From Haliotis rufescens (Eukaryota): 64,000 nucleotides of DNA. Positions 25,111 to 40,000 of the stretch are shown here, piece after piece. Both the position numbers and the translations under genes were made by a program. The stretch spans positions 4,092,001 through 4,156,000 of the forward strand of contig NW_025964001.1 of the NCBI RefSeq assembly GCF_023055435.1, written 5' to 3'. How positions within the stretch are numbered: the stretch's first letter is position 1; each line of letters starts with the position of its first letter. The notes below the pieces were generated by a model. It saw only the letters and a program-made list of their open reading frames with translations. It did not search any database and had not been told where the DNA came from.

Positions 25111-27760
25111 AGAGATAGTGGATATGGTTTTGTCGCTTTATTTATTGTAATATGGCAGTGTATTGTATTGTTGTGATTCGGTAGACGCTCATTCCATTGT
25201 GTTTGGACAGTGATCAGTCGTCAGGAAGGTACTATATTTAGACGCTAGTGTGGCGTGCATACTTCCGGTAAGCCGGTAGTGCCGATAGACTGGTGAGGGC
25301 TCTGTGTACACATTTCCAGTAGCTAGTGAGGCTGTTAATAAGGGGACAAGAGCGTGTTTACGTCTCTCTCACGAATTTCATCACATCGGAACTAGCTTTC
25401 ACGTGAGGATCACTCATCATCCCCGATTCCCTGTCTAGCCCATCTCGGAAGCCTGACCACTGTCATCGCTGGGTGAATATATCTTATTATCACTGACTTT
25501 TGCTATCACCACTGTATTTTTGAATTTAATACTAACCACTGCCATCATATTACATACTGTCAATGAATATTGTACCACCACTCTATTGTCTACTGTCATT
25601 GAATTTTCTGTGCCGTAATTTGTATTGATTTGTAAACTTAGTTTATTTTGTTACATATTTATTGATTGCATACCACTTGTTGTTTGTTGGTTGGTTTCTC
25701 ACTAAGTTCTAACCCAGATTTCTGGGTTAATTTCAATTTGGGAATCGACACATAACTTTTTTCGAAAAAACTTAATTGAGCCCCTGTTTACGTTGGAAAC
25801 TTAATTGAGCTTCTGAACATTAAAAAAAGATGCTGATCTCAAACCAGAATCCGCCCGTCCAGTGGCATAACGTTTTCATAATATTTACATGTTTCAGACT
25901 GTGACATCCAGTCACCTTGACTTTATATGCCTCGTCAAAGTTCGAACAAAAATACTCAAGTTAAAGGTTTTTGACATCTACTCAACATGGAGTTACCTTG
26001 ACCTTCAATAAAGCAAGCTATTGCATTGTCATTTCATGAGTGAATGACCTTCAGACTGACCTTGGCATTTGATACAGTCATTACATATGATGTGCGTTTT
26101 CACGTCTTTTTAATTCCGAGTGACTCTCAGCTCGCACTTGTGAAATCAAATCAAGGGTATTTGGCCTAGAAGTTTAACTTAAGCTTCAGGAACAGCGTTG
26201 TCCATGGTCAAATGGCCAAATTTCCTTCCAGCCGTTGGTGGGACATTTCACAGCCAAAAGTGTTTCTGTGTTTTATTTCAGGTGAACCTTTGACTTGCCT
26301 TGCATGTGTTTGTGATGGGTACTTATAAGCAGAAGAATCTCTGCACTTATACACAGCAGACGTAATTCAAACTTAACGTATCGCCTTTATTTGTTGCAAC
26401 AAAATCAGAAAATGCACTATCGCGTAACTGGTTTGAAAGAGCACTGCTTACCTTTTTGCGAAAACCTGTTGTCATCGCTGATTGTCATATAATTTTCACA
26501 CTTTATTTCACCTTCAATGTCACCCAAACATATGTCAGAAGAAATCCCTATGTGTGTACAGGAGGTATATCGGGTACGAAGTTTCTTACATCAACCATAA
26601 GCGTGCTGTTGGGAAAACCTATTGTGGCTGTGGCTGTGGCTGTTGCTTAAGAATTATTTGTCCACATGGTAACTCAATCGAATGAAATCGCATTGCATTA
26701 TATTACAGGTCACCGGAGCAGCGTGCTTACAAACTGCCTTCTCGAGTTCATAAAAGTTTGACAAAAAGCCATTCACTTGTACCACATGTTTCTGTCTTTA
26801 TTTCAGGTAAACGTTTGACATTCCTTTGCATGTATTTGTGATGGGTATCACCGGTGGGAAAGGGTACGAAGTAACTCTGCCTGTTTGCATATTGACATTG
26901 CCATCTCGTCCTATCGGGTGTACATTTATAATCAGATTATTGGTCATAATGCAGAAATACAGACCGGCAGATTTTATTCAGTATAAGGTCAATTGCCCAA
27001 AAATACACACAGTATAGTTATTGTCATTGTATAAATTACTTTATTGAAACATAATATCAGCTTTTGTCATATTTTGTCAATGATTTGCTTCTGTTTTTGT
27101 TTACATGATAAATAAACACTCAGTCTCTATTCTTTGAGATTATTATTGTAGGAAAATGGATACAGATTTGTTTTATAAATGTACATGATATACCTTCTTC
27201 TTATTTTTATACCAGTGTGACATGTGAAGAATACATGGATATCATATTAATAGAGATTTGAATCGTTTATGATACCATTGGTGATGATCAGACGCATAAC
27301 TGCATAACATGTACTATCTGACGTATCTCCGTTTGAAAACAACTATAAATTAATTAACCCTGGTTCTGTTGCAAGGGATATCCTGAATGCATATTCTTAA
27401 CATAATAAATACCAGTTAAAGTTAACACAGCTAGTACAATCAAATAGTATTTAGTGCAAAATGTTTATTTGTAAACAAAAACATAAACTATAAAAAATAA
27501 CAACACTATGCATTGACAAGAAAACAGCAAATCATTTGAAGAAGAGAGCACAGTCCGTGGACAGGTTTGAACCCATCTGAAAAGATATTCAAACACACAA
27601 TAAATAAAATGTCAGCTTCAAATCATTTTCGGTAATGAAGAGGAAACAAGTGTTTCTTTTTAAAATTTGTTTAAAATGTTCTGATAATTATATATGTGGA
27701 ATGCATTCCTGACACAAAACACCTTCATCTGACATGTTCTTCGTCCGACCAGAAGAACTA

Positions 27761-29324
27761 TACACAAAGAAAAAAGTTAAGCGCACCCTGATATATTTCA
27801 TTATTGTTTGGTTTCAATATTTGTAACAGTCATGAAAGATATAATTACGGGAAGAATTATGTTTTCTCGAGAAGATGCGTCATGCGTGACGAAAGCTCAC
27901 GTGCAATGCATGGTCTGCCCGTGCAGCATGCTACCCTCGAGCATCTCTAAAAGCAGTATATCCAAACGTTAAAATTGCTTTCTTAAGCTCGGTTTTAAAC
28001 AGTTATTACATGACCATGGCACGAAGGCGATTATCAAACGCCACAAGATGGCAAATAATCGGCATGCATAACGCAGGAATGTTCTGTAATGCCATTGGTC
28101 GGAATTTGGGTTATACCCACAACCCGTTTAGTCGAGAAACATGCTCAGACCTCCTGTGACGACACATCGCGAAGAAAGGGACCTCCTTCGTCTCATACGC
28201 CGAGAACCCTTTTTAACAAGTACTCGTCTGAAACAGCTGTGGTTGCCAAATCGTCGTTTCAGCACCAGAACCGCCAGGGACAGGCTGAAAGCAGCTGGAC
28301 TGAGGGCTAGACGAGTCATAAAGTGTCCCTTGTTGAGAGGTCACTACAAAGCTGCTCGTTTAGCATGGTGTATTGCGCGACAAATCTGGAATCTGAGAAC
28401 TTGGAGACGGATCCATTGGTCAGACGAAAGTCGCTTTCTGCTCCACGTCACTGATGGAACAACGAGAGTTTGGAGGCACCGGCACACGGCCTACACCCCC
28501 AGGAACATTAAACCGACTGTTGCATATGGAGGGGGCTCGGTAATGGTTTGGGGGTGTATCTCTCATGATTGCAGGTTGGATTTGGTCACAAAAAGGGACA
28601 ACTTAACAGGGGCTCAGTACATCCGGGACGTTTTGCGGCCAGTCGTCGTTCCTCATTTTGACAACCACCCTCTTGCTACTCGACCTCAATACATGGATGA
28701 CAATGCCAGGCCTCATCGTTCGCATGCAGTCGTGGATTACATGAGGGCCAATGCAATAACGACTCTACCCTGGCCAGCAATGAGCCCAGATTTGAACCCC
28801 CTTGAACATGTTTGGGATATTCTGGGGCGGCGCATACAGGCACGAGATCCTCTTGTGCAAGATTTACGCCAATTGGAAGCAGCATTGCATCAGGAGTGGT
28901 TGTTGTTTACCCATCAACAGATCCAACGTCTGACTGGGGGTATGAGACGTAGGGTCGAATGCTTCATCAGGGCACTTGGCGGTTATATATCCGCTACTGA
29001 TCTGTTTCACATGTCATGTCAAGTAGAGACTTTAAGGAACATTTTCACATGAAACATCAAACGTAGCTCGTTTACTTAATTATACAGCTACCTACTTTTT
29101 TAGGTATTGTCTCAGGTCAAAAACAGTACATGTGTTACCATGATGTTTTTGTCAGTAAATTTCAATCACAACTCTCCAATATCTTCTTTATTTGTTGTCA
29201 AATGTTTGTTCTATCCGATGACATTGGTATCGCCAAGCTCCTGTGGTCAGTCATCCCATGCCAAGAGTTTTGCCATTTGTCATGGTTCAGAAATAAGCGT
29301 GTGCTTAACTTTTCTCTCTGTGTA
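27761..29324 (+). mobile_element. Tc1 (DD34E) transposon in the 3' UTR intron of copy C
   Basis: TIRs TACACAAAGAAAAAAGTTAAGCGCAC and GTGTGCTTAACTTTTCTCTCTGTGTA with TA flanks. WSDESRF, DDNARPH and SPDLNPLE with 34-residue D-E spacing; N-terminal HTH region deleted/frameshifted. Empty site in copy B at about 13180-13215. Confidence 0.93.
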
Positions 29325-29637
29325 TATATGTGTAACAGAAGGAGTGCTTATCTAGGAAAGATTATCACTAATGACCTGGAGCAAGGCACACGTTTAGAGA
29401 ATAACCGTGAGTTACGAGGAAGAATTGGTAAGTTTGAGTTGCGAGCAGGTTATTCTAAATATTACATGTAGTTTGTTTGTGACGTCATGAACCACCGGCC
29501 TCAATGCAAACAATGAAAACAAAGGAACAATTGGAAAAAATAAACCAATCAGAATTAAGCAAATAATGCTCAGTGAGATTAACTGAAAATGATATCCTCT
29601 ATATCTGTCTCCCTATGGGTAAAACAATATAGCATAC

Positions 29638-32584
29638 CTAGGCCAGTTGTCCTCATGAGTCGGATACCAGCTGATATTTAGGATCATTCCATGCCTGGTA
29701 CCACACCGACACCGTGCACGTCATACGCTGCAGCAAAGAAACAAAGACTCAACAACCTAAATAACAAAGACTTAATAAAATAAAACAAGCCATAATGAGA
29801 AATGTTATTTTCCCCGACACCTTGTTTCTGAAGAACATGGTCCTTATCTCTGTTTACCTGGGGCATGCTGTTGCTGGCGGGACAGTCGGTGATTCCTTTG
29901 CCGGTGCTGTCGCCGTTGTTCATGCAAATGGATGTCACAAGGTGAAGGTCAAATGAGTACTTGATGCCAGCCACAACCTGTAGACAGGCAAATTGATCTT
30001 CAACAACAGAATAACACGACCTTACGTCAAATACCACACCTAGAGGCTTCAATAGTGTAGGCTTCCAAAGGTTATATCTTTGGAGCAATCATTAGGCGTT
30101 CCTTGTATTCCAACATGAACACACACGAATAGCCCGGTTTCAAGTAAACGGCCTTAAAGAGAGATAATTTGATGTTAAGGCTCAAGGGGACAATCTATTT
30201 GCCTAATATTTCATATAATCAAGCTGAGAGGTAGATCATTTCATTTCACGGTTGGTGATATAAAAATGTTGGGAAAAGATAGATTTGTATGACCCACGTC
30301 GCACTTAAACTTTACCAGCCACCATATAGCTGGAATATTGCTACGTACGGCGTTAGCCAGCAAACAAATAAGCTTTGCGACCACTCCCATCTGAGGGAAC
30401 GATGTCTTAATTATCAATAATGACTTCTATGTTAACAACACTTGCTACGTTAATTGTTATGACTTCTTATATTGTACTGCGTATCCTGATGTGCGGATAC
30501 CAACAGTGTATATTCCTAATGGAAGACGACCTGTGAAGATCCAGGTTAGAATAGGTCTTCAACAACCCATGCGTGTCGTAAGAGGCGACTATGCTTGTCC
30601 TAAGAGGCGACTATGCTTGTCGTAAGAGGCGACTAACTGATCGCATGGTCAGGTTCAATCCATACCAATCAGAGATCACACCATAATTTGAGGATAAGTT
30701 ATTTCGCTGAATTGGTTGATGCATGTCATCATGTCCCAAATGCGTGAATTGATGCTCATGCTATCAATCACTGGATTGTTTGTTCCAGACTCGATGATTT
30801 AGAGACCGCCGTCATTAAGTTTCACTATTGCTGAGTATGGTGTTTAACAACAAACAAACAAACGTTGCATCATTGGTTCAATCTTTAGGGATTCCTTTTG
30901 ATGAAAGAACTGTATGGCGATGATCTCGTTCAGTGTTATGGGGTATACCTGTCGTGTGACGTGGTCCACTTTCTCAGTCACCATCCGGAACATGTTGTTC
31001 ACCTTTCCAGTCAAAGAGTCTTCTGCAAACGACACGGCTTGTTGCACTGGAGCCGTGAGATGGGCGGGCTCCACACCTCCCAGAAAAAGACCTCTCTTGC
31101 TGACAGCGGAGCATTTGTGCTCTGTCACCTTCTTTGTGTTAGTCCAGGATTGGTACCATATCCTCTCTTCACACATCTGGGTCTGGGGGTATACAGTACA
31201 ACCATTAACAGAGTGAGTGAGTGTGCTTTACTGACAGTTTACAAATATCACAGCTTTAGTTTGAGAGAGAACTTAAGAGCAATAACAAAACCCGTGTATA
31301 AAGCGATGTTCTTCTTATGAAAATGGCAACCCATTTTACACCTTCAAACTCATAGTGCCCAACTAGTTACAACTCCTGAAAACAAATCTTAGCTCACCTT
31401 ATCTCCATTCTGAAGACTCAGGGTAAGGATGTAGTTAATACCAGAGACGATCTGAAAGAAAGACATTTTTAGAAACTTAAATACGTCGTGCGTCTGAATC
31501 CATTTCTTTGACACATACATGAATGGGTATAATGTGATGATTGTAGATCTACACTCAGAAAAATGTTCCAAAGAACGTATTTGAACAATGTATTTCCATT
31601 AACTGTTCTTCAACACTATCCTATGCATTATTGAACAATGACACACATCAACAGAAACGTCCGTACTTTTTTGACTAGAGAGTTCTGTTCTCCTTAAAGT
31701 CCGTTGATCTCCGTGACAGCGAAGTTGGCCACTTCCTTAATCTCTGCACTGTTGACGTCCACAGCAGTGACGCCCCCGAGAAGACCCCCGGCACGTTTTG
31801 TCACCTGGGTACAGCTGTGCTGTGTCATCTCCAATTTGTTGAGCCAGGGCTGAGACCAGATCTTCACGTTACAGATCTGGGTCTGAGGGCAGACAGGAGA
31901 CATAATGATCACGTATCAGGTGTAGAATAGAGGCATAGTTGAACAGGTGTAGCGTTACAGGTGTACCGCTGAGAATGTTTCTAACTACTGTCCAGATCTT
32001 CAAGCTACAGATCTAGATCTGCGGACAGACAGGTGGATTAATAGTCACGTAACGGTTGTAGAACAACATAAAGTATATCACCCTCAAAACACCCTCAAAA
32101 TGTATCTGATATCTTTCAGAAAATATAATAAAACAGGACTCACTTTGTCCCCTTCCTTAATACGTATGGCCAGGACGTAGTTCACAACAGCAACAACCTG
32201 AAACGTATGAAGAAGTATAGATGGACACACAAGGATCCCCCTTGTTCACTGTGTGTACTGAGTGTATACTAGTACTTATGTACTGCTTAAGAAATCACTT
32301 ATGTAAAAGGCAACCTCTCACAATATTTGTCACAGAAATATCATGATTGCATGCTGCTTCTGGTATAGGCCTGATACAATACCATTTTCCTTGACACAAG
32401 TAAGCTTTGGTTATGGGACATGTATACAGCCAAACGATCTTGTAGAATTATGAGTCATATCAACATGTGTCAAGTCAATACTGGCCTTACTTCAGTTTTG
32501 GCTGAGATAATTTGTTCCATGCTGTTCTGGGCACCTTGCGGTCCGTTGATCTCGCCCAAAGTTGGCCATGTTCAGTACTTCAAG
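29638..32584 (-). pseudogene. Multicystatin copy C, decayed 3' exons (domains 3-5)
   Basis: Exon remnants 32491-32584, 32144-32197, 31667-31882, 31398-31451, 30949-31182, 29858-29977, 29638-29727. Lesions relative to copy B: 5-nt deletion near 32555, QVVAG changed to EVVAV, CAA to TAA at 31694-31696, 18-nt deletion near 31668 removing the motif Gln, TGT to TGA at 29653-29655. Confidence 0.88.
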
Positions 32585-35500
32585 TGGTGAGGTCACCAAG
32601 ACCAATACGTACCTGTTTTCTTTTGGTATTCCGACTCTTCCACCTTCAATTCGAGCAGGATATTGTAGTATCAAGGTTGATATGTAAATACCAAATCCAC
32701 TTAATGCTACAAGTGTCAACATTATGGCCATGGTTCCAGAGCTTGGGACAAACAGGCTGCGTGTCATCGCTGTGGTGGCAATTGTGCAGACAGTTATGAG
32801 TGTGATCAAGATCCCTCATGTGTGAATTGTGGCGGTAACCCTGTTTCCTCGTCAAAAGAATGTCCAGTATGGAAACGCGAGTCAAAGGTTGTCAAAGTCA
32901 AACATGAGCGGAACATCTCTTTTCAGGATGCTAAGAATATTGTTTTAGATGAAGAACAGTAGGTTCGAAATTCTTACTCTGCCGTTGTTTCACGACCAAA
33001 TTGACGGCCTGTTCCCCAGCCTGTTTCACACACCACTGTCGGATGTCAGACAGATTACACATTGACCACAACGGAATCACCTGAAATTCTTTCACTTTCT
33101 TCTAATTCAGCAACTGTTTTAGAAACTGCCAGTTCTCATACACCTACCCCAAAACCAGCTAGGAAATCAAATCCAAATGTTGACTACTCATTAACAAAAG
33201 GCAAATAAGGGTCTCCCTAAGGGTCATAGAGATCCTGTTACTATGTTTAATAGGTTTGGTGTGTTCGAGGACATGGATGTGTCTTCACAAAACACACGAT
33301 CCAGATGCCATTCCCCTAGGAAAAAAGGCTGTGAGCGGTCTCCTGTCATTGCACCATAATGCATAGTAACACAATTATACAATGGAACTGTCGATGGCTA
33401 AGGGCGAATTTTGATGAGGTTAAATTTCTATCTAAAGAACTTAATCCCGTGGCTTTTGTCTTCAAGAAACATATTTAAGAGAATGCGATAATCTTGACTA
33501 CCGTCAATATCATATGTTTCATTCATATGCGAAGGTTACCAATGGTAAAAGAACGGGTGGTGCCAGTGTACTCGTTCGCGTGGAACATTACACAGTGCTG
33601 TACCACTAAATACCAACCTACTGGCGGTTGCAGTACGAATAACTCTGCATATTGCTATAGCTTTATGTTCTCTGTATTTACCACCATCCACTGCACTTCA
33701 GATAAAAGATTTAGATACTCTTATCCTAATCCATTTTTGCTTATGGGCGATCTTAATGGTCACAACCCATTGTGGGGTTCGGGTGATCAAAATTATAAAG
33801 GAAAAATACTTGAAAAGTTGCTCCAGAAGCAGGGTCTCTTTCTATCTAATGATGGTAGCAACACGTATTTACATCCAGCGACTGGTACTTACTCAGCTCT
33901 TGATTTAGCCTTTGCTGATCCGTCTCTTTTGGATGAGTTCTCATAGTCAGTACATGATGACCTGTGTGGGAGTGATCATTTCCCAACCATACTCAAAACC
34001 TTTGAACATTTTATTGATGATCCTGATCAGATCAGATCATTTTCGGATAAATTAATAAACATTGCCACAGAAACCATGCCCAAGACCTCGACAAAAATCC
34101 ACATGTAAAAACACCATGGTGATGATTGTAGAAAAGCTAGGAAACATAGGAAAAAGTCTGAAAGAGTGTTTAATAAACAGCCCACGGCCAATAATTTAAA
34201 CTGCTTACGAATGTCAAAAGCAAAGGTTCGTAGAACAATTAAACAAAATGAACGTACAAGCTGGAAATAGTTTGTTTCGAAAATACATTCTCGTACCCCC
34301 CTTAATAAAGTATGGAATATGATAAGAAAGATAAAAGGAAAGGGGTCTCAGCGCAATATTCAGCATCTACAATCATGATGTATTGACATCAAAACAGGAT
34401 ATTGCTAATAAGTTGGCAGAAACGTTCAGCCAAAATTCCTCATCTGCCAACTATGACCCAAAATTTCTAAAATTTCTAAATCAGCAGGAAAGGAAAATTC
34501 TGAATTTTCGGTCTGATGGTTCAGAGGATTACAACGAATCCTTTTCCTTGACTGAGTTACAAGAGGCTTTGAAGAAGGCTCATGATACAGCCTCTGGGCC
34601 AGATGACGTACATTATCAATTTTTGAAACATCTTCCTGACCCTTCTCTGTTAACCCTTTTATCCATATTTAATAGTATATGGGAAAATGGTAACTTCCCT
34701 CCTTCCTGGCATGAGGCTACTATAATACCTGTGCCTAAACCAGGTAAGGATCACACATTCTTCAAATTACAGACCTATTGCTCTGACAAGTTGTCTCTGT
34801 AAAACCATGGAACAGATGATCAACTGGCGTCTCGTTTGGTTTCTTGAATCAAATAATCTGATCACAGACATTCAGTGTGGTTTTAGACACCAGAGGAGCA
34901 CCATCGATCATCTTGTCCGATTGGAATCATTTGTACGGAATGGCTTTGTAAACAAGCAGAATGTTGTGTCGATCTGTTTTTATCTTGAGAAGGCTTACGA
35001 TACCACATGGAAGTATGGTATATTAAAAGATCTCCACGACATGGGTTTACATCACTCGCTTTTTAGAAGATAGAAAATTTAAAGTTAGAGTAGGCTCCAC
35101 ATTGTCCGAAATATATGATCAGGAAATGGGGGTCCCTCAGGGCAGTATTTTATCAGTGACACTTTTTAGCACACAAATCAACATTCTTGCTAAGGTTTTA
35201 AATGAAAATATTGATGGTTCGTTGTTTGTTGACGATTTTAATGTTTCATGCCGTGGTGCAAATATGAATACCATTGAGAGACAATTACAACTTTGTCTCT
35301 ATAAAATACAAAAATGGGCCTTTAGAAAATGGTTTTAAATTTTCCAAAACTAAAACCTGCTGTGTTCATTTTTGCAACAAACGGAAACTGCATAAAGATC
35401 CAGAATTGACTTTAAATAATATTCCAATAAAAGTGGTCAAAGAAACCAAGTTTTTTTGGTATTACCTTTGATAAAAGTTATCATTTAAACCTCACATTAA

Positions 35501-37085
35501 AAATCTTAAAGCTAGATGTTTGAAAGCGCTTGACATTTTAAGGTAGTGTCAAATGATAGGTGGGTTGGTGATAGAGAAACACTATTACATCTCTATAGAA
35601 CTTTGATAAGGTCTAAACTTGATTACGGCTGCTTCATTTATGGTTCAGCTCGTAAATCATACATTCGAGTACTATTCACCATCAGGGACTTCGGTTGTGT
35701 CTTGGAGCATTTAGGACATCGCCAATTGACAGTCTATATGTGGAAGCCATTGAACCCAGTCTTAGCCTAAGACGAATAAAACTGGCATTACAATATATCA
35801 CTAAACTCCGCTCCAATCCTTCTAATCCAGCATTTAACAATATCTCCCGTGCTCCATATCAGCATTTATATATCAGAAATCCAAACACAATCCCACCACT
35901 TAGCATTCGCTTGCAATCCCATATCAAGGATGCCCATTTAAATCTCTCTGCCATTGCCGAATACAAAATGTCAGAAATGCCTCCTTGGCAATCGATACAA
36001 CCTGATGTTAATTTAGAATTAGCGAACCTGAAGAAGTCTGACACTAATCAATTATTTTATCAACAAGAATTTCATGAACTGAAGAACCGATACTCCTCTA
36101 ATACCAGTATTTACACTGATGGTTCAAAAGATGGCGAAAAGGTGTCTGCTGCAGCTGTTGCTAACAATCATACAGTGTCTATACGTATAACTGACGGAAG
36201 TTCGATATTTACGGCAGAAGCTCAGGCTATATTATTAGCTTTGCAATATATTGAACAGTCTTCTAAACGCAGTTTTCTCATATTATCTTATAGTTTGTCC
36301 TGTTTACAGGCAATCAAAAATCGAAAAGTGGATCATCCATTTTTAGCTGAAATTTTAAGGTGTCATCTCAATTAAGCCGTAGCTGGAAAAGATGTAATGT
36401 TTTGTTGGCTGCCAAGTCATGTTGGCATTAGGGCAACTGTAAAGCAGATTCTTCGGCAAAAGCCACTCTTAATAAACCAACTTCAAACACAAACTTCCCA
36501 TATTCTGATCTAAATCCTTCCATCAGACAATATGTGAATGATCATTGGCAAACAAGCTGGAATACCAAGACTATGAACAAACTTCATGCTATCAAACCAC
36601 TGATTGGAGGTAATGCACGTTCTGGTTTATATCGTCATGATGAAGTTGTTTTACAGCGGTGCCGCAATGGCCACAGTTATTATACACATTCATTTTTATT
36701 GAAGGGTGAAGATCCACCTTTTTGTATACCTTGCCATAGCCCTCTTACTATAAAGCACATTCTGCTGGAATGTGTTGATTTTGCACTTGTCAGACAACGT
36801 TTTTATGATAATGTTCATACCTTATCTGAACTTTTTACCACAGTTTCTAATCACTTGATATTAGCGTATTTAAAGGAAATCAAATTCTCATTGATAAAAT
36901 ATAGATTTATACCTGAACAGTCAGTCTTTCACCTATGAATGTAATACATGACTGAGATTTTAGTGATTTTCAACATCACTTTTATTATATTCGTTGATAT
37001 ATGTTTACACAAAGGGCATTTCTCGCCGCGAAAAGCTGCAAAAGTGCTGATTCGGCGTAAAGAAATATTCACTCACTCACTCACT
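32585..37085 (+). mobile_element. Non-LTR retrotransposon (I group, Nimb/I-like), 5'-truncated and degenerate, inserted in exon 5 of copy C
   Basis: ORF1 remnant with zinc knuckles (CYKCQHYGH, CVNCGG). ORF2 from about 33359 carries APE motifs (IIQWNC, MGDLNGHNPLWGS, GSDHFP), RT (GPDDVHY, GVPQGSILS, FVDD), RNase H (IYTDGSK, FTAEAQAI, WLPSHVG) and a C-terminal CxxC..H...C. (ACTC)n tail at 37071-37085. Many stops and frameshifts. Confidence 0.93.
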
Positions 37086-40000
37086 CCCGTTCCGCTGGTG
37101 CAGCTATGGCGGGTCAACTCGGTCATCTGGGTCCAGAGCTGGTCCCAGATGGTCACGTCACAGATCTGGGTCTGAAACACAGTCATCGATTACATGACCG
37201 GGACGAGTGATTAGATGTATGGACTGGACACAGTGATCCATTACACGACCAGGGCGAGTGGTTAGATGTATTGACTGGACACAGTGATCCATTACACGAC
37301 CAGGACGAGTGGTTAGATGTATTGACTGGACACAGTGATCCATTACACGACCAGGGCGAGTGGTTAGATGTATTGACTGGACACAGTGATCCATTACACG
37401 ACCAGGGCGAGTGGTTAGATGTATTGACTGGACACAGTGATCCATTACACGACCAGGGCGAGTGGTTAGATGTATTGACTGGACACAGTGATCCATTACA
37501 CGACCAGGACGAGTGGTTAGATGTATTGACTGGACACAGTGATCCATTACACGACCAGGACGAGTGGTTAGATGTATTGACTGGACACAGTGATCCATTA
37601 CATGACCAAACACGATTGAGCTGGAGTAGTTTGACGGGTTTATTAAACCCTCTCCTTTATCTAATAAATACTCATAAGACTATTAGTCATAAGAAATCTC
37701 TGCTAAGAACACATTATTTTATACGAGACATACCTGGGTTCCATCAATCAGGCGGATCTTCAGAATGTAGTTGGTTCCAGCAACCACCTGAAATAAGATA
37801 AGATTGTTGTGTTGACGCCAGAGAAAACTCAGATCTTCTCTTAATAATGAAATATAAACAATATCTGAAACAGTGAAATCAATAAACGAAAACAAACATC
37901 AAATTTGAAAAGATGTTATGATCGATACTGCAGTCGGAAAACACATATTTATAAATTATGTTATACCACACTATTTACTTTATAAACGGTGACTTAGCCT
38001 AGACCTATACCAGGAGACACCAATATTAGTTATATATCGAAGAAGAATTTGTCACATGACAAATTATATCCGCCTTCTAAGATACCTGGGTCTTGGCAGA
38101 GATGACTTGATCAAGACTGTTTTGGGCCCCCTGTAGGCCGTTCAGTGCAGTCACAGCAAAGGTCGCCATCCTCTGGATATCTGTACGGTTGACATCGACG
38201 GAGGTTGGAGCACCAACAAGCACGGCCCGCTTGCTGCGTGTAGTACATGCATGATGGGTAACACGCTTGTCGTTCAGCCATGCACGTGACCAGATGGTAA
38301 CAGTGCAGATCTGGGTCTAGAACACATCACCGCAATTGTGTCATAAGGATTTGAAAAAAGAAAATTAAATCAAACACAATCGTATTCTGGGTGCACGGCC
38401 ATATGGATGGGATAGTGTTAAAAGCGGCGTCATCAACATTTGACCCTTCTCGTCTGCAACACTTCGCGGGACTCTAAAACACCCCTATCTGCGTCCCATG
38501 GAACCGTCTGGACCAACAAGGACAGAAGCAACAACAGTTGGGATGATGTCTCCAGATGTTGATGGGCAGCAGATGTAGTGAATGAGAATGAGAGAGCAAT
38601 AATAACTATCAACTATATATGTACATTGACGAATGCTTGTTTTTTACCAGTGGGATGTCCACAGCGAGAGAGAGAGGGGGGGGGGGGGGGGGTGAGCGGG
38701 ATGTGCACAATTCACAGGTCTTCAGATGCCGGAATCTTAAGAGCTGAGTCACCTAATAATGAGGACATGTAAGCTTAGTGAGTGCTGGCATATCAATGTG
38801 TAAAAATCTGAAGAGAACTCACCTGCTGTCCGTTCTGTATCTCGAGGGTCAGTAAGTAGTTGACGCCAGAGACAACCTGTGAAGAAGAAGAAGAAAAACC
38901 TCAGCATCTGAAACACAACTCCGGTGATCCGAACTCGGATATGGCGAAGTATAGGCCATCATAATATTGAGTTCAAATAATCAACATTGGAAAACATAGT
39001 ACAGAACTATAAATCACACGCATTATAGTAAGCTGTGCAATACCCCCAGCCCCCTCTAACCACCCACCCCACCCCACCCCCAACCCCATCCCCCACCCCC
39101 CTGGTGTCGTTATAAACAGTTAATGTTGTATAACGTCGCAATTAGCAATTTCCCAGCAATGTTATGACGATTGTAAGTAATCGTGTTTGAACAAGGCAAA
39201 CCAGTAAGCGATAGCATGAGCAACGATCCGCTATCGGGGCCTGATAGCACGCGGTCAGAGCTTGACCAAACCCTCCTGTTGGCTCTTAAGCCAAGCTTGA
39301 GATACTGGAGACCTAATCTCCCCCAGCGTCCTCACCAGGCTCCCAACTAATAAAAATAAGGCTGTAATAAGTATGACAATAATAAAAAGACCAACCCCTG
39401 GATTTACATGAAATGCGTTAAATCTCAGAATAGATTATGTTTAGATGAGTCAAATATACAATTTAATATATTTATATATGATGACACCCTAATGTATCTT
39501 TTTTATTCACGTTACCTAAATCCAATCCCAAAATAGTTTATTGACCATTTTGTATAAGCATAAAATCTTTTTTTTTTCGCAAAAACAAATGCTGAACTAC
39601 CTCCTTGATAACATCAATGTACACTTTGGAAGTAGAATATTTGAGCACCATTTCTGCTCCCCTACTTGCTGATCTGGTTCTGTATGCTTATGAATCGGAG
39701 TTTCTTTTCGGATTGGTAAAGTAAAAAAAAAGGTAATTTATCCAAGAGGTTTAACTTTAGCTTCAGGTATATCGATGATCTGATGTTGTTCAATAACAAT
39801 CAAATAGCAGACTCGGTGACCAGTAGGTCATCGTACCATACTTTCAACCACAGGACTGTCTGGCCAAGACTCGGTGACCTGTAGGTCATCGAACCATACT
39901 ATCAACCACAGGACTGTCTGGCCTAGACTCAGTGACTTGTAGGTCATCGTACCATACTATCCACCAACAGGACTGTCTGGCCTAGACTCAGTGACTTGTA

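Noticed and set aside
28141-29052. Active Tc1 transposase
   Set aside because: The catalytic DD34E region is open, but the N-terminal DNA-binding region from 28016 is out of frame and partly deleted.
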